From positions 248,001 to 312,000 of the IMG/VR virus record IMGVR_UViG_3300044680_000280: 64,000 nt of DNA, one strand, 5' to 3'. Positions 47,128 to 54,598 of the stretch are shown one piece after another; positions within the stretch are counted from its first letter, which is position 1; every line of letters starts with the position of its first letter. The notes beneath the pieces were generated by a model. That model did not search any database. It was not told the origin of the DNA and saw only the letters and a list, made by a program, of their open reading frames with translations. The translations under genes were made by a program, and so were the position numbers.

Positions 47128-47592
47128 ATGCTCCCAAACAGACTTGGACGGTTCCTCCGTAGGCATCGCGGACACCACGGATCCCTCCTCGAGAGTCTCC
47201 TGCTTGATGAGCCAGTCCCAGAGTAGCTCCCTCGACTTGGCCGCAATCGAGGTCGACTGACCACGAACCGCCCGGTCAAGCCGAGCCCATTCGTCGGAGT
47301 TGAAGAACAACGTCGTAAACTTCTCAGAGGGGGACGCCGGGTCCATACGATCTTCGAATAAACCCCTCAGACGCATTAACCCTATGTACGCATCCTCAAT
47401 ACTCCGCGCCTCGTGGGGCCAATTCAACAACTCCCTGAGCTCGTTATGGTCAGCGTAGGCGTTCGGACTCTTCTGCCAGGGCTCCACCTTCAAGTGATAT
47501 AGGCGAACCTCTTCTAAGTCCTGGTCCAAGGAGTCATACTCCCTTCCCGACAACCGAATCCACCGATCTACAACCCAACGTACAGTCGGCAT
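47110..47592 (-). CDS. RHH-like protein with WEHLL tag
   Basis: FTTLFFNSDEWARLDRAV...SIAAKSRELL; ends PSKSVWEHLLEDG. Confidence 0.65.
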   Translation of the reverse strand: MPTVRWVVDRWIRLSGREYDSLDQDLEEVRLYHLKVEPWQKSPNAYADHNELRELLNWPHEARSIEDAYIGLMRLRGLFEDRMDPASPSEKFTTLFFNSDEWARLDRAVRGQSTSIAAKSRELLWDWLIKQETLEEGSVVSAMPTEEPSKSVWEHLLEDG

Positions 47593-47658
47593 GAGATCCC
47601 TACCCCTCCGTCGTGGGCATGCCCCCATTGTTACACTTTGATGTCCGCCAAAACCAGG

Positions 47659-48159
47659 TCATTCGTCCTCTTCGGGACAGGACGAATCCCCGATGGCCGC
47701 CGCCGTGATCTCCCTCACTCGTTTCTGCTCCCGTTTCAAAAACTCCTCAACCGTAATGCCCAGCTCCCCCGCCCGCTTCTCCGCCGTCTCCCGTACCGAT
47801 GGCCATTTCACACGGTCCCGAAGAGGACCCTCCTTTTCCTTGGGAACCACGACGATTCCCCGTCGGAGCGTCTCCTCCGCGGTCACCATCCATCGCAATT
47901 CGCGAACGATGGATCGCTGAACTCGCTCCGACGGTTCCACCTTCCCCTCTATCCACCGAGTAACCGCAAACGGAGCCACTTCCAAGAGCTCCGCCATTTG
48001 TTCCACGCTTACCCCGCTGAGCGATATCCCGTCCCGAACAAGGTCGGCAAAGCTCCCCTCGTCCTCGAATAGGAACAGCCTCGCCCTCGTCAGGTACGAA
48101 CCCAAATCGCCCAGTACGTCCATGATCCCGAAGATACGCGGAAACAATCTCCGGGTCAA
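47659..48159 (-). CDS. XRE-type HTH transcriptional regulator
   Basis: SGVSVEQMAELLEVAPFAVTRWIEGKVEP. Confidence 0.7.
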   Translation of the reverse strand: MTRRLFPRIFGIMDVLGDLGSYLTRARLFLFEDEGSFADLVRDGISLSGVSVEQMAELLEVAPFAVTRWIEGKVEPSERVQRSIVRELRWMVTAEETLRRGIVVVPKEKEGPLRDRVKWPSVRETAEKRAGELGITVEEFLKREQKRVREITAAAIGDSSCPEEDE

Positions 48160-48187
48160 GAAGTTCGCCTCGGTGTATCAGTAGGGC

Positions 48188-48601
48188 ATGATGACCGACG
48201 CCAAAAGTCACATGGAATACTTCACCTTCGCATGTGAGCACGTATGCCCCGAACGGAAATTCTCTGCCGCCGACATCCAAGGCGTAACCCTTGGGGGTAC
48301 TTCCATCGGCTTACGATGCGCCTGCGGCGACGAAGTACGCCTGGGCTTGAGCATCGCAAAAGCCCTGCCCAAACCGATCCAACCCTACCTGCTGACAACA
48401 GAAGCCCGTCTCGAAACTTTGAAACGTATCAATGAGGACCCGAAAACCCTCCTCTCCGAACTGATGAACTCGGGCGGCTGGTTCCAGCCAGACCCAGGAG
48501 TCGCCAAGATGACCGCCATGGCTGCCTTTATGGGTCCCGAAGGCAACCCCATGCAGAAAAAACTCGAAGCCATGTTCGATGCCCAACCAAAGACGTCATG
48601 A
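48188..48601 (+). CDS. hypothetical protein with CxxxC-CxC motif
   Basis: GGTGTA 10 nt before ATG. Confidence 0.65.
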   Translation: MMTDAKSHMEYFTFACEHVCPERKFSAADIQGVTLGGTSIGLRCACGDEVRLGLSIAKALPKPIQPYLLTTEARLETLKRINEDPKTLLSELMNSGGWFQPDPGVAKMTAMAAFMGPEGNPMQKKLEAMFDAQPKTS

Positions 48602-48831
48602 ACACCGACCAACTGAAGGACGCCATCTGCCTCGCGAAGGGAATCCTGGCCGAAGCCCAGGTAAGTATTGACCACGCATTTCCGCTACCGCCCGACTCAA
48701 GGTACGAGCCGCTCGAGTGCAGAGAATGCACCCTCGCCCGAGCTGTCCTGGAACTCTCCGACAGGCTAGGAGAGAAAGAGGCGGAGAGATTCGACCGCAA
48801 CTTCGTCGAAACTCAGAGAGATCAGCCCTAA
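48598..48831 (+). CDS. small hypothetical protein
   Basis: ATGA overlap; CREC. Confidence 0.55.
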   Translation: MNTDQLKDAICLAKGILAEAQVSIDHAFPLPPDSRYEPLECRECTLARAVLELSDRLGEKEAERFDRNFVETQRDQP

Positions 48832-49067
48832 CCCCTCTCCCACTTCCCCTCATCATTCCACCTTCCAGACCCAAGAAGGAACGACGGCGACCCAGGCTCC
48901 CCCTCAAATGGGGCCCTCGAGTTCCCCTCGGGTCGGGACAACCCGTGCTTTCTCAGCCGTCGACCCCGACGGGCATTCTCAATGTCCCACATCACAAGAG
49001 CCACAAAGACCGCCGCGCCCCACAGCACCATCGAAACCGCGCCCCGTACCCGTTTCCAAATGCCCAT
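48828..49067 (-). CDS. small membrane protein
   Basis: GGTGTA 9 nt before ATG 49067; TM segment. Confidence 0.55.
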   Translation of the reverse strand: MGIWKRVRGAVSMVLWGAAVFVALVMWDIENARRGRRLRKHGLSRPEGNSRAPFEGEPGSPSFLLGSGRWNDEGKWERG

Positions 49068-49113
49068 GGGAAAGGTTACACCGAAGACGAACAGCGGGCG
49101 GGGGCTCGATGAT

Positions 49114-49186
49114 GTCGACGAACATCGAACCCAGCTCGATGTTCGTCGACGCAGTTCGATGAGTGGCTCGACGAACATCGAACCCA
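49114..49186. repeat. 15-bp perfect inverted repeat plus 19-bp direct repeat
   Basis: GTCGACGAACATCGA-N7-TCGATGTTCGTCGAC; TCGACGAACATCGAACCCA again at 49168-49186. Confidence 0.9.
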
Positions 49187-49801
49187 TGCCCGCGAAGCAG
49201 GGCGGTGGGGGTTTCCCCTTTTGGTCAAAAAGTATACCGACCTAAAAAATTCTGTTATTTTTCAAGGGCTTACCCAAAAAGGAATGACGTATGGGGTTAT
49301 CCGTATTACCATCTAACCGACCCGGGACCATACGTATACTCAATATGCCCCTTTCCCGAGATCTGTGAGGGCGAGTAAGATAATGGAGCGGTTCTACGCT
49401 CACTGTAACTAGACCGCCTCGATCGGTATACCCGACCCCGCCCTGCTTCGCGGGCCCGGGTCGATGATCCCCACTGAACAGACTTACCATACAGCACTGA
49501 ACTACCTACATCGCGCCATCTGTTCAGCACTGGTCACGTCAAGGGCTGAACAGAAGCCCTCACTGAACGCTGAGCTCAATCAGGTGTGGGCGAAAATCAC
49601 ATGTACCCACCTCTGGGCGATTCGAAGAGCGAGCTCCAAGATGGGACCCAAAAGGGGCGGCGGGGGTCGCACTACGGTTCAGTTCGCTACACACGAACGA
49701 ACCTACACACCTACCTACGAACACGGGCGGGTCGTGTGTGTGGTGGGCGGCGCCCAGGTATATATACCAGTGTTCGTAGAGGGGGGAGCGGTGAAGGTAT
49801 A

Positions 49802-50111
49802 TGGGGAACAAACACAAGCCCGCGGAGCAGGGCCCGGTGTATGTGATTCTATGGGCAATAATTGAAGCTGGCCCTCTTGGGCTACCCCGCAAGTGGCGTA
49901 TGAGGTTGGGGTCGGACCACATCGTTCACCTCGAGTGGAGCCACGACCACATCACCTGGACGACCGTCCCTCGAGTGGCCCTCCCGACGACGTATGGAAC
50001 GGGCACCTACGTCACATGGGACCTCGTGGGGGACCTGATGCAAGAAGGGGTTCCCGGAGCGCCCGCTTCCATTGGGGAACAAGCACAAGCCCGCGAAGCT
50101 GGGCCCGGTGT
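49802..50111 (+). repeat. 39-bp direct repeat pair (3 mismatches)
   Basis: 49802-49840 and 50073-50111. Confidence 0.9.
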
Positions 50112-50268
50112 CTGAACTGTTAACCGAGCCTGGGGTCAGAACCCCTAACGCCGCGCCGAGGATGCCCTCAGAGGGGCTTTGGGAGGACGCCTAGGCTTGG
50201 AGCCGTCCATATCGGGCGATGGGCTGTTGAGCCGGCTGATGTCCATCTCGGCTCTCCTTGCAGAAACG

Positions 50269-50392
50269 GTCAGTGAGCCCCGATTTAGGGTTGCGAGCCC
50301 TAGACCCACCCGAGGATACCTCCTGCGCTTCCCACGCGTAGGCACTTCAATGGTACCGGCCCTACCTCGGAAGCCCATCGGGGCTCACTGAC
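50269..50392 (-). ncRNA. candidate structured RNA closed by a perfect 16-bp stem
   Basis: GTCAGTGAGCCCCGAT/ATCGGGGCTCACTGAC; TTGAAC-N16-TTTACT ends 6 nt before 50392. Confidence 0.55.
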
Positions 50393-50453
50393 ACAAGTAG
50401 TAAAGCGCCGGGAAGGCGGAGTTCAAGTGGATGAGCTCAAGGTTTCGCTCTTT

Positions 50454-50642
50454 TTACTCGCCAGTGTCCTGTAGCTCCCACAACGGCTGTGTGTTCAGCA
50501 CGAGAGCCCGCACCGCCGCCGCGAGTGCGGTGACCGCGTCATTGAGGCGCCCGTTCTCGCATTCGCCCAGGTCCTTCTCCACCTGCTCCACCTGCTCGAG
50601 TATCCGTAGCCCGGCGACCGACAGCGTGTTTACCTTCGCCAT
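50454..50642 (-). CDS. small helical protein
   Basis: AAAGGAA upstream of ATG. Confidence 0.6.
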   Translation of the reverse strand: MAKVNTLSVAGLRILEQVEQVEKDLGECENGRLNDAVTALAAAVRALVLNTQPLWELQDTGE

Positions 50643-50670
50643 GTCTCGATTCCTTTCGTAGAAAAATCTC

Positions 50671-50832
50671 TCAGCTCATCCACCACTGAAGCAGGCGAGT
50701 CCACCAGCTCGGGAGATGGGCTTGCACGTGACTGCGCCAGGCATACTCCGCCAACTCGCACCGTACGATGAACTGTTTGTCGCAAATGGGGCAGCGCACG
50801 GCACCTCTGGGGAGGTCTACATCGAGCCCCAT
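50671..50832 (-). CDS. C2H2-like zinc-finger protein
   Basis: CPICDKQF...WRSHVQAH; ATG overlaps upstream stop. Confidence 0.55.
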   Translation of the reverse strand: MGLDVDLPRGAVRCPICDKQFIVRCELAEYAWRSHVQAHLPSWWTRLLQWWMS

Positions 50833-51005
50833 CAGTGGCCACAGACCGTGCATTTGACGCGGTCGCTCGGGGAGCCGTTCCGATTGATCCGCTCCTCCGT
50901 GTGACCGCAGGCAAGGACGAACGTCCAATGGTTCGCGGGAACGGCACGACGGCTCCGACGACGAACGATCGTGGTCTCGACCTTGAAAGAGCTGATGACG
51001 TCCAT
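50832..51005 (-). CDS. small zinc-binding protein
   Basis: LACGH...CTVC. Confidence 0.5.
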   Translation of the reverse strand: MDVISSFKVETTIVRRRSRRAVPANHWTFVLACGHTEERINRNGSPSDRVKCTVCGH

Positions 51006-51365
51006 GGTGAAAGTACAGCTCGGAGCGGGGCGAAGTTCAAACTTTGGGCTCATTCACCTGAGCTCGCAAAGCGATCGCTTCTTTTCGTGCGGACCAAGCA
51101 TCGGCGAACAGGGCATTAGCCGACCATGCGTCATGGTTGTCAGCCGCGGCCTCTGCCCGCTCTTCCAAGGCCGCCGCCTCTCGGTCCAACTCGTCGGCTC
51201 TCAACTCGTTCATGGTCCGTCCCTCCTGAAGGTAGTAAAGCGCCCGGACGATGAAAGTTCAATCCCCCGCCCCTTGGGGGAGTCTAGACCGAGCCCATTT
51301 TCCTCGAGCTCCGGCCGCCGAAAACGTTTCATTGCGGGGAACCTCACTTTTACCTACATGCAACG

Positions 51366-51430
51366 CCTCGAGCCCGAAGGAGCTCCGTTTCCCCGGTGTA
51401 GGCTAAGTCCCCTCGAGCCCGAAGGAGCTC
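51366..51430 (+). repeat. 20-bp direct repeat CCTCGAGCCCGAAGGAGCTC x2 flanking a GGTGTA motif
   Basis: Copies at 51366 and 51411; GGTGTA at 51395-51400. Confidence 0.9.
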
Positions 51431-51481
51431 GGTTCTCCATTTGGGCTTGCACAGCCGAAAAAATCCGGCAGATTGTGTCGG

Positions 51482-51592
51482 GTAAAGGTAACGTCACACC
51501 TTGAGATGACGAGACCTGATCAGTCGTATGGCGTAAAGGTAACGTCACACCTTGAGATGACGAGTCGTATGGCGTAAAGGTAACGTCACACC
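51482..51592 (+). repeat. GTAAAGGTAACGTCACACC x3 (two copies extend to 32 bp)
   Basis: Copies at 51482, 51533, 51574. Confidence 0.9.
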
Positions 51593-51714
51593 CCTCTCGG
51601 CAGCCGTCGAAAGCTTCAGCCGAGAGGTCTCGATATGGCAGCTCAGAGCCTTCGTATCTGAGACTTGTAACGACTGATCAGGTGGAGGTGGCCCGATGAG
51701 CCCCTCGAGCGGGT

Positions 51715-51743
51715 TTGAACCTTGGACGGTTCCGCGCTGTACT
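51715..51743 (+). promoter_or_regulatory. class-2 promoter TTGAAC-N17-TGTACT
   Basis: 6 nt before ATG 51750. Confidence 0.75.
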
Positions 51744-51749
51744 TCTCCC

Positions 51750-52157
51750 ATGAGCACTGAGACAACGACGATGGAAACGGCAACGACAACGACCCTCGAG
51801 AGCCTCTTGGCGGGTCACGAAGTTTCTGAGCCGCGTGTAGTCAGCCTGCAACTCGCGATTGAGCTCGGAGCTGACAAGGCGACCCTAGAGCGCATCCGCG
51901 ACGCAGCGAAGGTGAACCGACGTGATTTCATGGTCTTACCGGCTCACCGATTCGAAAACCTGAGCCGAGGGCGCGGCTGGGCCCGCAAGGGTCGAGGGGA
52001 CAACGTGGCATGGGGAGAGCGGTGCGACGGCGGCTACCGCGTCGGCCCTGGCCGCTGGTCAGTCGGCGCTACGGACGGATACAGCCGCAAGGCCTCCGTC
52101 GAGTGGCAGGTCGAACAGATTGTCGTCGGCGCCGAGACGTGGACGATCGCGAACTGA
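51750..52157 (+). CDS. hypothetical protein
   Basis: Class-2 promoter, leaderless spacing. Confidence 0.7.
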   Translation: MSTETTTMETATTTTLESLLAGHEVSEPRVVSLQLAIELGADKATLERIRDAAKVNRRDFMVLPAHRFENLSRGRGWARKGRGDNVAWGERCDGGYRVGPGRWSVGATDGYSRKASVEWQVEQIVVGAETWTIAN

Positions 52158-52176
52158 ACCCCGTTTCAAACGACAC

Positions 52177-52205
52177 TTGAACCCCGTTCGGTTCCGCGCT
52201 GTATT
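52177..52205 (+). promoter_or_regulatory. class-2 promoter TTGAAC-N17-TGTATT
   Basis: 7 nt before ATG 52213; shares GGTTCCGCGCTGTA with the 51715 promoter. Confidence 0.75.
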
Positions 52206-52212
52206 TCCTCCC

Positions 52213-52500
52213 ATGAGTACCGAGGCAGGAATCGAAGCGTTCAACGACGAGGTGGGAGCCATCGGTGACGCTCGCCGATGCCCCCGTCACCCGGGAGTGA
52301 AGACCTCGTCTGATGACGGTCTGTTCGATGGCGTCTGCGGCCTTTGCGAGGCTGACATGGCGGATGATACCGATCGTTGGGACGTCGACTCGGAGAACCC
52401 GCATCGTAGCCAGTGTGGGTACGGGGTCGGACGATTCCCGCCCGGCCCGCGCCTCAGTATTGCGTGTGTCCCGTTCGAAGACGACGGGATCCCGTTCTGA
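52213..52500 (+). CDS. Cys-containing hypothetical protein
   Basis: CPRH...CGLC. Confidence 0.65.
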   Translation: MSTEAGIEAFNDEVGAIGDARRCPRHPGVKTSSDDGLFDGVCGLCEADMADDTDRWDVDSENPHRSQCGYGVGRFPPGPRLSIACVPFEDDGIPF

Positions 52501-52590
52501 GGACTTGAACCCCGTTCGAGCACGATTCACGGTGGGTGTGAAAAGTTCGAAAAAACCTCAACCTCGAGCGGCAACCGCCGTTCTATCTAA

Positions 52591-52848
52591 GTGAAGGGAC
52601 AAACGACAATGTCAGCTCTCGAAACCATCAAGCAGAACGGCAGCATCCTCGAAGACCTCATCAAGCCCGTCAAGGTATTCAAGGGCCCGTGGACGAGCTC
52701 GGACGAGTCCATCACCACCCCGACCGAAGTTCACCTCTACGCGGACGGCTCCGCCATCGCGTGCCACCCCGACCAGGGTGACTTCCCCTACGAAACCCTC
52801 TTCTTGCTCCAGAGGGCCTACCTCATCACCATTCCCGAAGCGTTGTAA
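52591..52848 (+). CDS. hypothetical protein
   Basis: ORF followed by a GC hairpin. Confidence 0.6.
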   Translation: MKGQTTMSALETIKQNGSILEDLIKPVKVFKGPWTSSDESITTPTEVHLYADGSAIACHPDQGDFPYETLFLLQRAYLITIPEAL

Positions 52849-53020
52849 TCCCCCTTGCCCCCCTTCGGGGGCTCGGGTTACGCTCCCGATGCTCTCACCG
52901 GATGGTCCGTGAGAGTCGACCCCGTCGTAAGGACCCTGCGCAGGCCTCACGACGGGGTTTCCTAATTTGCACGATCCCCTAACGTGATACGCTGAGCTCC
53001 TCGTAGAGCCCCGCATTCGA

Positions 53021-53068
53021 AGAAGCCCCGTGACGTCGCTCAGCGACTTCGCGGGGCTTCTGCTTTTT
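53021..53068 (+). terminator. intrinsic terminator-like hairpin
   Basis: AGAAGCCCCG...CGGGGCTTCT followed by GCTTTTTG. Confidence 0.6.
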
Positions 53069-53764
53069 GTCCCCAGCCTGGGGACAACCTGGGTGTTGCC
53101 TCAAACCCGCCCGTTGCACGACATGTACAACACCACGAATTCATGTCATACATTTTGACACACCTGAACAACGGTTCCCCTCGAGCGATAGGCACTGAAC
53201 AGAGACCCTCGTTCAGTAGCTGAACATAAATACAGCACTGTTCGCACGGTTGGTTCAGTGCCACCTGTCCGCGAAGCGGGACAGGTGCGAGCTGGAGGCG
53301 AGCTCCCACATATCTCGAGGGTAATGCCGTATTCGCTTGACTTTGTCATGACCGAGTTTCTTAAGCGTGTTGAGGCACATCCCCAAAAGAAATCAAGCTC
53401 TTCCGCCGAAGGACGGACCGATTTATTCCTCCGGGATTCGAAATCCCAACTCATCCGTGGGCTTGACCTCTACCATGAGTGGAGGGAACCTACCTTCGCC
53501 CTGCTTCGCGGGCCCGTGGTAGACGGTTAGATGGTTCGATGGACCGACGGGGTGATGGGTAGATGGATCGACGGGGTGACCGGAGAGCGTACCGCGAGAT
53601 TCCCCTAGCCGCACCGGTTCGAATGGTTAAGCTTGCCAGTAAGGGTATCAAGCTTCCTTTGGGGAGCCCCTAGAGGGGTCGGCCTTGCTCTTGAGGTTGG
53701 CCCTTCGCCATTTCCAGCCCTGCTTCGCGGGCATGTAGAATGGTGGGTGGTGTATACTGGAGTC

Positions 53765-54001
53765 ATGTTCAATCCGTCCTCACCTGAGGTCAAGGTGTGC
53801 GGGGAGGCGGGTCAGCGACTGTATGACAAACTTGAGGCGGAGGGGGTCTCTCTGATGGCGGTCGGGGTGGGCGTCAGTTGGAACGGACAGCAGCCTGCGA
53901 TCCACCTGATGCTTGTCCGGAGCACGGACAGACCGATTCCTGAGACCTTTGAGGGGTACGAAGTCCACTGTCGCGTCACGGGGCGGATTGTGCCGCTGTG
54001 A
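53765..54001 (+). CDS. small alpha/beta protein (homolog of 57340-57576)
   Basis: GGTGTA 10 nt upstream; AVGVG...IP..FEGY.V...VTGRIVPL. Confidence 0.7.
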   Translation: MFNPSSPEVKVCGEAGQRLYDKLEAEGVSLMAVGVGVSWNGQQPAIHLMLVRSTDRPIPETFEGYEVHCRVTGRIVPL

Positions 54002-54073
54002 CGGTACGGGCTGAAACATTTACGTTTGTAAAAAAGCCCGAACTCTTAAAACCCCCATGGTGTACTAAAAGAG

Positions 54074-54598
54074 GTGGAGCCTTTACACGGTGGACTCCTA
54101 GATGAGAGGAATTTTAGAGACCGCGGCTCGGTCCCCTTCGAACTCGACGAGCCGGTACAGGTTGAGGCTGTGGGAGGGGAGAGTTGGGAACTACCTACGG
54201 GAAAGTACTACATTAAAATGGTTAGATATTACCTCAGGATTGAAACCGTCGTCCTAGAGGCAGCACCTCTCTCTGTAGCGGAGCTGGAAATCGTTATCGC
54301 TAAAAACTTCGAGGAACGATGCTCGCTCACACGTAGAGTAGACGGTCGTATTTTAAGCCGTACATGTGAGTTCAAACACCCTACACAATTGGGAGAATTC
54401 CTTTACGGCCCTAAATGCATCCAACCTGGGTGTAATGGGGTCATCTCCTCATTTACCTTCGAAGCGGAAGAACAGATCTCCCTGTGTCCCAAACATACAA
54501 CTCCTAAAGGTTCATTCCACTTAGGAGCTGACGATGACGATGACGATGACGATCAAAAACCTCCACGTTACGACCGCATGAGAAGGCAATTCCAATGA
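54074..54598 (+). CDS. hypothetical protein with Cys/His motif and poly-Asp
   Basis: GGTGTA 9 nt before GTG; CIQPGC...CPKH. Confidence 0.6.
   Translation: MEPLHGGLLDERNFRDRGSVPFELDEPVQVEAVGGESWELPTGKYYIKMVRYYLRIETVVLEAAPLSVAELEIVIAKNFEERCSLTRRVDGRILSRTCEFKHPTQLGEFLYGPKCIQPGCNGVISSFTFEAEEQISLCPKHTTPKGSFHLGADDDDDDDDQKPPRYDRMRRQFQ

Larger units (their letters stand above)
49188..53732. repeat. dispersed 16-bp bulged-hairpin repeat GCCCGCGRAGCWGGGC (6 copies)
   Basis: 49188(+), 49440(-), 49818(+), 50089(+), 53498(-), 53717(-). Confidence 0.9.

Noticed and set aside
49188-49203. Lambda boxB antiterminator
   Set aside because: It shares only the GCCC/GGGC outer stem; the loop geometry differs, no boxA was seen, and copies occur in both orientations.
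50236-50270. Hammerhead ribozyme (CTGATG...GAAAC)
   Set aside because: The core reads CTGATGT instead of CTGANGA, and no stem II forms.
51482-51592. CRISPR array
   Set aside because: Only three repeats, with 13 nt of the first two intervening sequences identical, irregular short spacing and no cas genes.
53040-53620. ORFs 53146-53454(-) and 53258-53530(+)
   Set aside because: They overlap each other, have no promoter or RBS and no motifs; left unannotated.
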